Positions 46,142-56,939 of a DNA stretch of 64,000 nt are shown piece by piece. Both the position numbers and the translations under genes were made by a program. Positions within the stretch are counted from its first letter, which is position 1. Every line of letters starts with the position of its first letter. The notes below the pieces were generated by a model. The model searched no databases. It was not told where the DNA came from and saw nothing but the letters and a program-made list of their open reading frames with translations. The stretch is from an uncultured Candidatus Cloacimonadota bacterium (lineage in GTDB: Bacteria; Cloacimonadota; Cloacimonadia; Cloacimonadales; WRIO01): positions 28,583 through 92,582 of the forward strand of contig CAZNKI010000001.1 of the NCBI GenBank assembly GCA_964573665.1. The letters run 5' to 3'.

Positions 46142-47816
46142 TAAATGCCTGTTTGTTTTGTTTATATTATTTTCATCCCTCTTTGCAGATGATTTCATAG
46201 TTAAAGAAATTGATTTTACTGGTAATAAAAGTTTTTCTAAAGAAATTCTAATCCAACAACTAAAAACAAAAACAAACATGCCTTTTGAGAATGATCTTAT
46301 TCAAGAAGATGTTGTTCGCCTCAATCAATTTTATCGGACAAATCATTTCGATTTTACAAAAATCCCTTTTCCTGAAAAGATACCAATTGATCATCAGAAT
46401 GTTCGATTAGTCTTTCATATAGAGGAACAAAAACTATTTGAAATTAAAAGTGTTGTTTTTAAAAACTCTCGTTACTTTAGCAGTAATAAATTGAATGAGT
46501 TAATCGATCGTAAAAGATATAAGATAGATTCGATCGAACAAATAAAAATTGATGTTTTAGATTTATATTTATCCAGAGCCTATCTATTTACGCAAATTCG
46601 TCTTGACTCATTATCTATTTCTAATGATTCATTAAGAGCTTACTTTTTTATTGATGAAGGGAAGCAATGTTTTTTTAATACTTCTATATTCAAAGGAAAT
46701 CAAGTTTCTAAAAGTGAATCATTGTTAAAGATTTCAAAGCTAAAAAAATCTCAATTAGTCACATATCAATCAATAAAAGATGCAGAAACACTGTTAAAAG
46801 AAAAGGAATATATTCAGCATTGTAGCATTACTCCTGTCAATCATGAAACCTTACTTTTCGATATTAAAGAAGGGAAGATGTCTCGTTTAGAAGGGATTTT
46901 TGGATATAACAATCAGAATAAAAACTCTCTGACAGGATTTGTTAAACTTGATTTTCTAAATTTGTTTGGATATGACCGACACTTTAATTTTTCGTGGCAA
47001 TCACTTCAAAATAAGCAAAAATTTATAAAAATGTTTTATCAGGATCCAGGCTTTCAGTATTTTCCTTTAAATTTCAATTTTTCTTTTTCGAGAAGAGAAG
47101 TTGATTCTACTTATATTCAGATTAATTTTCAATCAGAAGTTTTTAAAACGGTTCAGAATAATAGTTTTGGTATAATATTTGGAATGTCAGATATAAACCC
47201 AGGTGATAGAAAATTGAACACAATCAATAAGAGTAAACAGAGAAATGTTGGCGCATTTTGGATATATAAAACTTTTGATTACCCAAAGAATCCAACTAAA
47301 GGGACTATGCTAAGTTATAATACAATAATATCTTTTATTGAGAAAAAAGAAGAACAAGATAATTTAAATATCAAAAGAAACTCAAATGAGTTTCAATTTC
47401 AAGCAGTTATCCCTATAAAGCGCAATATTGTATGGTATAATTCTCTGTCTTGTAAGTTAATGCAAAATAAGTCATTGGCTTTTTATGATTTGTATTCAAT
47501 AGGAGGGCCATATAATTTGAGAGGATATTCAGATGATTTCTTTATGGGAAATAATTTGGCATATTTAAATAGTGAATTAAGACTGTTAACTTCTAAAGAT
47601 TCACGATTCTTTCTGTTTTTTGATTATGGACTTATTCAGGACCAAAGAGAAGGTATAAATTTATTGATTGATGATGCGATTTCATACGGAATCGGCTTAA
47701 GATATCCTACACGTTTAGGGATCGTTATGATGGACTATGCATTGCATTATTATGAACAAAAATTTTTACATCCAATGGATGCATATATACATTTAGGAAT
47801 TCAGACTAATTTTTAG
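46134..47816 (+). CDS. Omp85/BamA-family outer-membrane protein (POTRA + surface-antigen barrel)
   Basis: It has a signal peptide and a POTRA-like IVKEIDFTGNKSFSKEILIQQLKTK. The C-terminal barrel contains GGPYNLRGY and ends in F. Confidence 0.7.
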   Translation: MSSKCLFVLFILFSSLFADDFIVKEIDFTGNKSFSKEILIQQLKTKTNMPFENDLIQEDVVRLNQFYRTNHFDFTKIPFPEKIPIDHQNVRLVFHIEEQKLFEIKSVVFKNSRYFSSNKLNELIDRKRYKIDSIEQIKIDVLDLYLSRAYLFTQIRLDSLSISNDSLRAYFFIDEGKQCFFNTSIFKGNQVSKSESLLKISKLKKSQLVTYQSIKDAETLLKEKEYIQHCSITPVNHETLLFDIKEGKMSRLEGIFGYNNQNKNSLTGFVKLDFLNLFGYDRHFNFSWQSLQNKQKFIKMFYQDPGFQYFPLNFNFSFSRREVDSTYIQINFQSEVFKTVQNNSFGIIFGMSDINPGDRKLNTINKSKQRNVGAFWIYKTFDYPKNPTKGTMLSYNTIISFIEKKEEQDNLNIKRNSNEFQFQAVIPIKRNIVWYNSLSCKLMQNKSLAFYDLYSIGGPYNLRGYSDDFFMGNNLAYLNSELRLLTSKDSRFFLFFDYGLIQDQREGINLLIDDAISYGIGLRYPTRLGIVMMDYALHYYEQKFLHPMDAYIHLGIQTNF

Positions 47817-47891
47817 AAATAAGTAATTTATAAATTTGGAACAAATAATGCTATATACTTAATCTAAATAAATTATTGTTTGGAGGATAAA

Positions 47892-50030
47892 ATGAAACAT
47901 GTTACTATTTTTATCATTTTTATTAGTTTACTTCTCACACTTAATGCGATAACTGATAACTTAATGAAGTTTTCTACTGGTGCTCCTACAACAGAGATTA
48001 CAGTTAATAATCAAAGAATTGTATTTGCAAGCTCAATGGGTATTGTTTTTAAACAGAATTATTTATCAAATGATTATATCTTATATGATATACCTGGCAT
48101 CGATTCAAGGTCTATAACAGCAGTATGGACATCAAATCAAGAGAGAGTTTTTTTTACTTATTATGATTATCAATTATCTGATTATAAATTAGTTAAGTTT
48201 TTTAATAATCAATTAATCGAATTTGATTTTCCTTCAGATTATTCATTTATCAGAAAATCCTTTCAAGATTCATCTGATCGCTTATGGTTTTTATGTCAAG
48301 ACATCGTTTGTGTGTTTGATTTGAATAATTTTCAATGGCAAACTTATACAGATGATAATACAGGTGTAAATATTAGTGACATTACAGATATTTGTGAAGA
48401 TTATAATCAAAGTATTTGGTTTTCAACTCGTAAGTCGAATATTATAAAATATCATGATAATCAATGGCAGTCAAATTCGATTAATGTCGAATCCCAAGAT
48501 TTCATTGGTTTTTATCATATCGCAGTTAGTAGTAATGATGAGATTGTATTAAGTGATTTCCATAGCTTATATCTGCTTCAGAATTATGAAATAGTTGAAA
48601 CAATTGAAGAAACTAATATATCAGACATTAAAGTAATTGGCAACTATTTCTATTATGTAAACAGATTATCAGAAGTATTTCTATATATGCCTAGCAGTAA
48701 TTATCATTTTATTCTTGGAAATCAACTTTCAGATGGAATTGCTGTAACAAACTCTCATCTTATTATGTATCATAAAGAACATCAAGATGATGTTAAATAT
48801 ATTTCTTATGATTTTTGTTCTCCTGTGAGTACTTTAAAAACAGGAAATTTCAAATATAATTTACCCAATAATAGTTATGATGAAAATATTCACTTGAAGT
48901 TTCAACCTGAATCTCAGAGATTATGGTATAAAACAATAGAAGGGCTTGCCAGCATGAATAGTCAATATCAATGGGAGTATTTTGATATTGAAACCACAGG
49001 TATTGATTTTACAAAACTAACCGATATAAGTATTATATCTGAACAACAATTGATCGGATTTCTTAATTTAGGCAATAATTCTCGTTTTATTCGTTTTAAT
49101 GGGACACAATGGCTTATGGATCCCCCTTTAAACGATTCTTCATCTAATATTCACAGAATTATTTACGACCAGAATAATGTATTATGGGCTTTAAGTAATG
49201 ACAAATTAGTATATTTGAAAGAAGATAATACATTTTATTACGTGAACCCCAATTTACAAATTCATCAAGTCATATCTCAACTCCATAAAGTTGGAACAGA
49301 TGAGTTATGGTTTTCCATGAGTAATGGTAAATTATACGCTGAAAACATAAATACAAAAACGTATCGTTTAATCTTTGATTTGACTACATCGCAAGATTTG
49401 AATATATTGAAAATTAACAATCCAAATGATTATTGGTTGTTTACTCCAACACATTTTATTCATGTTTTAAATGGTCAGTCTCAGAGTTATTCATTACCCG
49501 ATCCGACGCATCACATAGTAGATTGTGAGTTTGATAATAACGGGAAGTTATGGATTAAAACATCATATAACCTGTATTCATGGGAAAATAATGAGTTTAC
49601 AAATCATTGGTATGGGAATGTCAAAGATCATAAGTTTTATTCTGAGAGCTTAGCAATAGGGCATAATAACAATATATGTTTCTTTAATGATAATGTATTC
49701 TATGTTTATAATCAAAACTCATTATCCGTAACAGAGGAAATTATTCAAACACAAGATCAACTTAAAATTTCAATTTATCCGAATCCTTTCAATCCTACAA
49801 CGAATATTGCCTTCAATCTTCATGAGAATTCTTCAGTAAGTATCAAGATTTATAACATAAAAGGTCAGTTGGTTAAAAACTATGGTACACAAACTTTTTC
49901 AAAAGGTGCTCATACTATTATTTGGGATGGTAAAGATGAAAGTAATCATTCACAATCCAGTGGTATTTACTTTGTAAAAATACAGACTTCAGACTATACT
50001 GCTACACAAAAGATGATGATGATAAAGTAA
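47892..50030 (+). CDS. Beta-propeller-repeat protein with T9SS C-terminal sorting domain
   Basis: Start at ATG 47892 after GGAGGA. The body has repeated W/F-containing propeller-like units (IWFSTRKSNIIKY...). The C-terminus reads IYPNPFNPTTNIAFNL...IYNIKGQLV...WDGKDES...SGIYFVKI...KMMMIK. Confidence 0.75.
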   Translation: MKHVTIFIIFISLLLTLNAITDNLMKFSTGAPTTEITVNNQRIVFASSMGIVFKQNYLSNDYILYDIPGIDSRSITAVWTSNQERVFFTYYDYQLSDYKLVKFFNNQLIEFDFPSDYSFIRKSFQDSSDRLWFLCQDIVCVFDLNNFQWQTYTDDNTGVNISDITDICEDYNQSIWFSTRKSNIIKYHDNQWQSNSINVESQDFIGFYHIAVSSNDEIVLSDFHSLYLLQNYEIVETIEETNISDIKVIGNYFYYVNRLSEVFLYMPSSNYHFILGNQLSDGIAVTNSHLIMYHKEHQDDVKYISYDFCSPVSTLKTGNFKYNLPNNSYDENIHLKFQPESQRLWYKTIEGLASMNSQYQWEYFDIETTGIDFTKLTDISIISEQQLIGFLNLGNNSRFIRFNGTQWLMDPPLNDSSSNIHRIIYDQNNVLWALSNDKLVYLKEDNTFYYVNPNLQIHQVISQLHKVGTDELWFSMSNGKLYAENINTKTYRLIFDLTTSQDLNILKINNPNDYWLFTPTHFIHVLNGQSQSYSLPDPTHHIVDCEFDNNGKLWIKTSYNLYSWENNEFTNHWYGNVKDHKFYSESLAIGHNNNICFFNDNVFYVYNQNSLSVTEEIIQTQDQLKISIYPNPFNPTTNIAFNLHENSSVSIKIYNIKGQLVKNYGTQTFSKGAHTIIWDGKDESNHSQSSGIYFVKIQTSDYTATQKMMMIK

Positions 50031-50160
50031 TAGAAGTTAAAAATAATTATTCGAATAGGCAAACTATGTTTTGCCTATTCGTTTATTTTTTAGGTCTGAT
50101 AAAAAATAGTTTGACACAAAATCATAATAAATTAGTTTATGTATTAGATAAGGAGGCCTT

Positions 50161-50616
50161 ATGAAAAAAGTCATCTTAATGAGTTTGATTATTGTAAGCA
50201 TTTCATTAGTATTTGCTGATTTTACAACTCCTGCAAATTTTGGTTATTTTAACCCAAATTATCAATTAGAATCTTTACTCAATCCAAATAAAGTAAAAAT
50301 GTCTCACACAATGTCTTTTTCATCAGGTGTATCTTCGAGTGGACAGGGTTTTTATCAATCTGCATACACCAATCATTTGAAGTTTGATTTAAAAGAGAAT
50401 TTAAAGCTAAATTTAGATTTGAGTTTTGTGAACCAAGGTACAATGACTCATAATAACAATTTCAATATCAAAGGGAATAATGATAATCAAAATCTTGTGA
50501 TTCCTTCATTTTCAATGGAATATCAGCCATTTGAAAATACTAAGATCTATTTTGAATACAGACAGGTTAATGGCTCGCCATTTCAAAGTCAAAGAAGAAA
50601 TGATTTTCCCTGGTAG
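50161..50616 (+). CDS. Small secreted beta-rich protein (hypothetical)
   Basis: SD AAGGAGG lies upstream, and there is a signal peptide. I found no known motif. Confidence 0.5.
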   Translation: MKKVILMSLIIVSISLVFADFTTPANFGYFNPNYQLESLLNPNKVKMSHTMSFSSGVSSSGQGFYQSAYTNHLKFDLKENLKLNLDLSFVNQGTMTHNNNFNIKGNNDNQNLVIPSFSMEYQPFENTKIYFEYRQVNGSPFQSQRRNDFPW

Positions 50617-50633
50617 TTAAGAATAATTAATGT

Positions 50634-51443
50634 ATGGAGCTTATCTCACAGTTACTTGTATTTGAAACAAGTCTTTCAAGATTTTTAGCAAGTTTTTTTA
50701 TTCTATTATTTTCTGCGAGCATTGGCAGTTTTTTAAATGTTTGTATTTATCGAATTCCCAACGGAAAATCAATTGTTACTCCTGGATCATATTGTCCTAA
50801 GTGTCTGAAGCCAATAAGATTTTATCATAATATTCCTATCTTATCATATTTTATCCTTCAAGGGAAATGTCATGATTGTCATCAAGCGTTTTCTTTCAGA
50901 TACTGCTTTGTCGAATTCCTATGTGCATTTTTAGCTATCTTGTTTTTTGTAAAAAATAATTATACTTTAGATTTAAATTACTTAAAATTCTTTATCTTTA
51001 TGAGTTTTGGTCTAATGATCATCTATATCGACTTAGATCATAGATTAATTCTTGATGTTCACAATTATTCTTTGATGGTCATTGGTTTTATCTTTGCATT
51101 GCTGAAAACAATACCTCTCTGGAATGCTGTACTTGGAGGATTAACAGGTTTTGTTATATTCTATGTCATTGCATTACTCTATTATCTTTCAAAGAAGCAG
51201 CATGGATTAGGTGGAGGAGATATCAAGTATATCACAGCAGTAGGTCTTTTTACTGGTATTGCAGGTGTAATATTTGTGATATTTTTTTCTTCATTTATCG
51301 CATTGATCGTGAATATCAATGCCAGAGGAAAGATGAAAGAAATAGCATTTGGACCATATCTTGTGATCGCAAGTTTTTGCTACTACTACTTCGGAGATGT
51401 GATAATCAAATGGTATCTTAATTTCTTTATAAATATTATTTAA
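50634..51443 (+). CDS. Prepilin peptidase (A24 family)
   Basis: N-terminal Zn-finger-like CPKC...CHDC, multiple TM helices, and the catalytic-Asp block GLGGGDIKY. Confidence 0.8.
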   Translation: MELISQLLVFETSLSRFLASFFILLFSASIGSFLNVCIYRIPNGKSIVTPGSYCPKCLKPIRFYHNIPILSYFILQGKCHDCHQAFSFRYCFVEFLCAFLAILFFVKNNYTLDLNYLKFFIFMSFGLMIIYIDLDHRLILDVHNYSLMVIGFIFALLKTIPLWNAVLGGLTGFVIFYVIALLYYLSKKQHGLGGGDIKYITAVGLFTGIAGVIFVIFFSSFIALIVNINARGKMKEIAFGPYLVIASFCYYYFGDVIIKWYLNFFINII

Positions 51444-52534
51444 TGAAACCTCTGCAAATATTTATCCCTACAGCGCCAGGCCTACAAAAATATACACTAT
51501 CAGAAATAGAAGAATTATCTATAAAAATTAACGAAGTAAGCAAAGAAGGTCTGCTGATACTTGGACATTGGAATGCAGTTTATAAATTGAATCTCTATTT
51601 AAAAACTATATCAAGAATCTATATAAGATTGAGTGCATTCAATGTCAGGCATTTTTCTGAGTTAGTAGATGGACTCAAAAGCATTGATTTTTCGCCATAC
51701 ATGACTTCGGAGAATATTTGCATCAAAGTAAATTCATATCGTTCAAGACTTTTCCATGAAAAAGCAATAAAAGATATCATACAAAAACATCTATCTGATT
51801 GTTTCTCAGATCAAATACTAACATTTGTCGGATCAGCAGATGAAATAAATACTCAAACCTTTTTGTTTAATCTTACTAATAATCAACTCCAAGTTAGTGT
51901 TGATACAACAGGACAAGCTTTGTATAAGCGAGGATATCAGATTTTAAGATCTGAAGCACCTATCAGAGAAAGTCTTATAGCTTCGGCATATTTAAGTTTA
52001 AAAACAAAGATGTTCAAGAAGATCATTGATCCTTTTTGTGGTTCATCAACAATTCCTTTGGAATGGATGATGTTGAATCAGGGATTGAGTAATAATAGTT
52101 TCAGAGATTTTGCATTTATGCGCTTTAAAGATTTCAATCAGAGTTTATATCAATCACAGTTAACTGACAAAAAAGAGCTAACGAAAATTGAGTATGAAGC
52201 GTATGATATTGATGAAAAATGCATACATATTTCAATCGAAAATTTTAAAAAACTTGGGATAAAAGACAAAATTCAGTTCGCATGCATTGACTTTCTAAAA
52301 CTTGAATTAGATAATCAGCAAGATTCAGCTTTGATTAGCAATCCTCCCTGGGGTAAAAGAATTGATCCAAAATCTTTGTATTTGCTTTACAATAAATTAC
52401 AGAAATTTGCTCAATTAATGCCAGTATATTGTTTTCTTCCTAAAGAAAATATCCGATATTTCAAAAAGCATCGGATTATCTTTTATGCAAAATCCGGCTC
52501 GATCGATATCTGTTTTGCAGAAATTATAAGTTAA
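51443..52534 (+). CDS. THUMP-domain class I SAM-dependent methyltransferase (RlmL/YpsC-like)
   Basis: DPFCGSSTI (SAM motif I) and LISNPPWGKR (NPPW motif IV). Confidence 0.7.
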   Translation: MKPLQIFIPTAPGLQKYTLSEIEELSIKINEVSKEGLLILGHWNAVYKLNLYLKTISRIYIRLSAFNVRHFSELVDGLKSIDFSPYMTSENICIKVNSYRSRLFHEKAIKDIIQKHLSDCFSDQILTFVGSADEINTQTFLFNLTNNQLQVSVDTTGQALYKRGYQILRSEAPIRESLIASAYLSLKTKMFKKIIDPFCGSSTIPLEWMMLNQGLSNNSFRDFAFMRFKDFNQSLYQSQLTDKKELTKIEYEAYDIDEKCIHISIENFKKLGIKDKIQFACIDFLKLELDNQQDSALISNPPWGKRIDPKSLYLLYNKLQKFAQLMPVYCFLPKENIRYFKKHRIIFYAKSGSIDICFAEIIS

Positions 52535-52818
52535 AACAAACATTCATTAATCAATTTAATCATAAATATCAGTTAAAATACCAGAAGTGTAGCATCATAT
52601 TACAAATTAGTCTCAAACAATCTGATTAAAGGCATTGTAACCGTTTACGTGCTATTCCTCACCTTCTTCTATCCTGTAGAAAAGTAAAAATATATTATAG
52701 AAAATCTAATAAAAATATATAGTGATAATCAAATTGAATTTTGATAAGCTTGATTATCAATAAAAAAAATATTGACTTTTATTAGTGCTCGTGATAGTTT
52801 AAATCTATGGAGGAAATT

Positions 52819-53922
52819 ATGAAAAGAATTATGTTAATCATATTGATTGCAATAAGCTTGTCAACCGTATTTGCACAAAATCAATTGAATCTTAATGTCA
52901 CAGGGCGGAGTTTTTATAATAGTATCAAAGCATCATCTTTTGATATTGAAAATCCTGCCAATCAACCAATTATGTTTACTGTAAACATTACAAAAGAACC
53001 TAATTTTCAACCTGTTCAAGACCTTTCAATGAAAATAAGTCTTAATTGGAATGGAAGTACTTTGATTAACAATGTCAATGTTCCTTTTTCTGAAAATGCT
53101 ATTAATGCTCTAAATAGTCCTGGAGGTTTACCTCCATTTACCAATCGAGATGTATTAATAGAAAACGGAAATAATTTTTTTAATGAACCCGATAGTGAAA
53201 TTTCTTTAGATCAGCTAACGAGTAATAATGCATTCAAAGATGCGTTGTTGAATACAGGTTATTTACCCGATGGGACTTATGAATTTATACTTCAAATAGT
53301 AAGACCAACAAATGCAGTGAGTAATCAAGCGACATTTTCGTTTACAGTTCAAAATGTAAATAATATTTCATTAATTGGCCCCGGAGCTCCAGCAGGACAG
53401 AACATCGTAGAAGCTTTTGGTCAATCCATCATTTATAGCTGGATAACGAATTCTATCAATTCAAGTAATACTTATATGATAGAAATTAGAGAGTATATGC
53501 AACCCCAAACAATGGATATGACGAATTTAGCTTATACAGGACGAGCTTTCTATTCGCAATCAGATATCACAATTCCAATTTTTAATCAGAATCTACCATA
53601 TATTGAGAATAACTACTATGCATGGAGAGTAAAATTGCCTTTAATCACCAACCTAACTGATAACAGTGTAAATACTTTTGTTGAAAGTCAGTGGTTTGTG
53701 TTTAAATATGTCAGTTCTCCATCTGCTCCTAATGCATATCAAGAAATTATTAATATTCTTCAGAATATTCAAAATCCTCTTTTAATGGATATAGTAGCTC
53801 AAGGATATTTACCAACAGGTAATTTCTGGTTTAATGGAAATGAAATAACTCCTGATCAACTTCAGGAGATATTGCTTCAAATATTGAATTCACAAAACTA
53901 TTCAGTAGAAATTATAGATTGA
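52819..53922 (+). CDS. Secreted hypothetical protein (first gene of the FecR/CHASE2-cyclase operon)
   Basis: Start at ATG 52819 (MKRIMLIILIAISLSTVFA), 4 nt after GGAGGA. I found no known motif. Confidence 0.55.
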   Translation: MKRIMLIILIAISLSTVFAQNQLNLNVTGRSFYNSIKASSFDIENPANQPIMFTVNITKEPNFQPVQDLSMKISLNWNGSTLINNVNVPFSENAINALNSPGGLPPFTNRDVLIENGNNFFNEPDSEISLDQLTSNNAFKDALLNTGYLPDGTYEFILQIVRPTNAVSNQATFSFTVQNVNNISLIGPGAPAGQNIVEAFGQSIIYSWITNSINSSNTYMIEIREYMQPQTMDMTNLAYTGRAFYSQSDITIPIFNQNLPYIENNYYAWRVKLPLITNLTDNSVNTFVESQWFVFKYVSSPSAPNAYQEIINILQNIQNPLLMDIVAQGYLPTGNFWFNGNEITPDQLQEILLQILNSQNYSVEIID

Positions 53923-53929
53923 GGTGATC

Positions 53930-54601
53930 ATGAAAAGATATATATTAACACTCATTATCTGTTTTAGCCTTTTTTTGGTTTATGCACAAAATGTTGCAGT
54001 ACTTGCTGGTATGAAAGGTGATATTTCTGTTGTTCGTGATGGCAAAGCCATTAAGATAAAAAACAACGAATTGTTAAAGAACTTTGATGAAATCAGATCA
54101 GGAGAAGAATCATTTGCAGCCATTCGTTTTATAGATAACGGTGCAACCACGAAATTATTCCCTAACTCTGTTTTGGTCATTAGTGCAGAGAAGAGTGGAA
54201 AAAACTTGAATAAGCATAATAACTTAAGCAAAGGGATGATCCAAACCAAAGTGACACCAAAAAGTGGCCAATTTGTTGTTGAAACACCCAATACTGTGGC
54301 GTCTGTAAAAGGTACTGACTTTATAACACAGTATCAGCTAAGAAAAACAACCATTGGCGTGATCGAAGGTGAAGTAGAGATCAGAAACAAGGTGAGCAAC
54401 CGATCAATAAGTTCTGGTGAAAATGATGTGTACAGCAGTGATGATGAAGGTAATATCAATGAAGAAGAGGATGATTCTTTCTTACAGAATGATGAAAATT
54501 ACCAATCAGAAAATGTAGCTCCACAACAAGGAAATAATCTTGAAATAGAAATAAGAAAAGAAGATGGAACCACAAAGAAAGTGAGAATACACTATGAGTA
54601 A
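53930..54601 (+). CDS. FecR-domain protein
   Basis: It has a signal peptide, a VASVKGTDF...GVIEGEVEI pattern typical of the FecR fold, and an acidic tail. Confidence 0.6.
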   Translation: MKRYILTLIICFSLFLVYAQNVAVLAGMKGDISVVRDGKAIKIKNNELLKNFDEIRSGEESFAAIRFIDNGATTKLFPNSVLVISAEKSGKNLNKHNNLSKGMIQTKVTPKSGQFVVETPNTVASVKGTDFITQYQLRKTTIGVIEGEVEIRNKVSNRSISSGENDVYSSDDEGNINEEEDDSFLQNDENYQSENVAPQQGNNLEIEIRKEDGTTKKVRIHYE

Positions 54602-56936
54602 TGCAATAAAACTGACTTTAGTATTATTACTGCTTATGGTCGGTTCTTTTGTTTTTGCTATAAGTGCAGTACATAATCCTGTGAATATTATGGAAGATAC
54701 AGATACACGACTTGATATTAATATTCTCGAAACAGATTCTGATATTTCAAATATCACTTTGTATTATCGAGCAAATGGGCAATCACAATACAGTTCGATA
54801 GAATTACTCAGTAATACATCATCATTATCATCTTTTTCATTTTCAATTCAGTTTGCAATTAATGAGTTAAAAGCAATTAATGCTGAATTTATTGAGTATT
54901 ATTTAAGTATCAGTAATACAAATCAGATAACAGCTTTTTTACCTGCGATGAATCCTGAATTCAATCCATACCAAACACGAATCTTAAATATGAATTATTC
55001 AGATTCATTCGTGATTATTGCTCCAGAAAGCTTGGATAATATTCCTGAAGGTGAGAGTATTGTTATTTCATATTTTGCAATCAAAGATGAGCTTGATCCA
55101 AACTCAATTAAGATAAGTATGAATAATCGAACAATCAAATCTGATGTCACTGTTGAAGATGGAATTGTTTTGATAAAAATGCCACAAACGACAAATAAAG
55201 GACAACTTGCCATAACAGCAAAATTGAGAAATGGTGAAAAAATCAGCTCTCCTGTTTGGTCACTTTCGGGCATAAATAAAGTTAGAAATTTAGCTTATAA
55301 CGGTAATTTGACATTTATATCGAATACAAACTCATATTCAAGCGATTCAGATGATTCTAATCTTGAATCATTTGACGAGCAAGCACTTTTGTTTAATTTT
55401 TCTGCATTTTATAAAAAACTGATAGTAAGGAATAACATTTACATAAGTTCTTTAGAAGATAAAGAAAAACAAAGAATCAACAATTACTATTTAGGATTTA
55501 TAAGCCCTTATTTTGATGCACATTTTGGTGATTATAGTCCCAACTACTCAGAATTTACAGTAAGTAATAAGAAAATATTTGGTTTTACAGCGAAAGCAAA
55601 ATCACCATATACTTCACTTTCATTTTCTTTAGGAGAAATCAATCGTGCAATTGAAGCGAAGGAGGATGTGCAGGCATCTTTTAAAAGAAAACATATGTCC
55701 ACTAAATTAACATTTGGCAATAGCAATTCCTTTGCTTTGTCAATCAATGTAGCAAAAAATAAAGATGTAGTCAACTCACTGGATGAGACTGATTACATTC
55801 AAAATCCTACAGACGAAACACCCATTTACTCAATTGAAGCTAAAGACAATGTAGTGTTTGGATCTGATTTAGAATGGAATCTTTTTTCAAGAAAAGTTTA
55901 TTTGTTTGCAGAATATGCGATGAGTATATACAACAGCAATATTATTCCTGGGGTTATTTCTAAAGATTCACTCGAAAACTTTCTTGATGCAGACATCCCA
56001 TTTGACCCAGAATCATTTGAATCAATTATTATCATCAATAAAAACCTTGAACCCTATAATATCGGGATGAACAATTCAGCATTAAAAGCAGGCATTCGCT
56101 TGAATTTTCTCAGAAATACATTAAGCTTTAGTTTTCTTCAAACTGGTCCTTCATTTTATTCATTGAGTTCTTCAGGGATCAACCAAGATAAGCGATATAT
56201 AAGAATCAGTGATAATTATATTCACTCAAGCAATTTATTTTTTAGTGGTGGATTAGAACTAAGTAATGATAATGTCGTTGATCAAAAACAACAAACACTG
56301 TCGAACTTGAATTTTTATTTAAACGCCAATTATTCTCCGAATAATCTACCATTTTTTGGATTAAGTTTTATTACCAATCGATCTGGTAATGACTCTGATA
56401 ATGATCTAATGAAAATAGACAATCAATCTAATTATTTCCAGATATCATCAGGATATTCATATCAATATTTTTCATTTGCATATACAACTTCAAATTTAAC
56501 GTTTGGATTTGGATCTGATAAAGATAATACTTCCAAAAAATTATTCGATAATTCAAAAAATGATATTGGAATGAATACAATTTTCAGATTTAATGAATTT
56601 CCTTTAATATCTAAAGTTGGATTAAGTTTTTCTACAAATAAGGATAAAGCAGGAGAAACTTTATCAACAAATTTCACATCATTATATCTGAATAACGAAT
56701 ACTCTTTCTATGAAAATAAAGTTATCCCATATTTTAACTTAAAAGCTAATTTTAATGGTGGTGATAACAATGAAACTTCTTCAACAATATTCAATTTTGG
56801 CACAAAATATTATCCGATAAAGAATACCTGGATTACTGCAGATTTGAATTACAAAATATTTAATGATGAACGCAATAATTCTGACAATAGTTATAATATG
56901 TTTGCGACTAAATTAATCTTATCAACTTCGTTTTAA
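54594..56936 (+). CDS. Large secreted or outer-membrane protein (hypothetical)
   Basis: It has a signal peptide. The C-terminal half is Asn/Ser/Tyr-rich and beta-strand-like, ending in ...ILSTSF. It overlaps the FecR gene by 8 nt. Confidence 0.55.
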   Translation: MSNAIKLTLVLLLLMVGSFVFAISAVHNPVNIMEDTDTRLDINILETDSDISNITLYYRANGQSQYSSIELLSNTSSLSSFSFSIQFAINELKAINAEFIEYYLSISNTNQITAFLPAMNPEFNPYQTRILNMNYSDSFVIIAPESLDNIPEGESIVISYFAIKDELDPNSIKISMNNRTIKSDVTVEDGIVLIKMPQTTNKGQLAITAKLRNGEKISSPVWSLSGINKVRNLAYNGNLTFISNTNSYSSDSDDSNLESFDEQALLFNFSAFYKKLIVRNNIYISSLEDKEKQRINNYYLGFISPYFDAHFGDYSPNYSEFTVSNKKIFGFTAKAKSPYTSLSFSLGEINRAIEAKEDVQASFKRKHMSTKLTFGNSNSFALSINVAKNKDVVNSLDETDYIQNPTDETPIYSIEAKDNVVFGSDLEWNLFSRKVYLFAEYAMSIYNSNIIPGVISKDSLENFLDADIPFDPESFESIIIINKNLEPYNIGMNNSALKAGIRLNFLRNTLSFSFLQTGPSFYSLSSSGINQDKRYIRISDNYIHSSNLFFSGGLELSNDNVVDQKQQTLSNLNFYLNANYSPNNLPFFGLSFITNRSGNDSDNDLMKIDNQSNYFQISSGYSYQYFSFAYTTSNLTFGFGSDKDNTSKKLFDNSKNDIGMNTIFRFNEFPLISKVGLSFSTNKDKAGETLSTNFTSLYLNNEYSFYENKVIPYFNLKANFNGGDNNETSSTIFNFGTKYYPIKNTWITADLNYKIFNDERNNSDNSYNMFATKLILSTSF

Positions 56937-56939
56937 TTA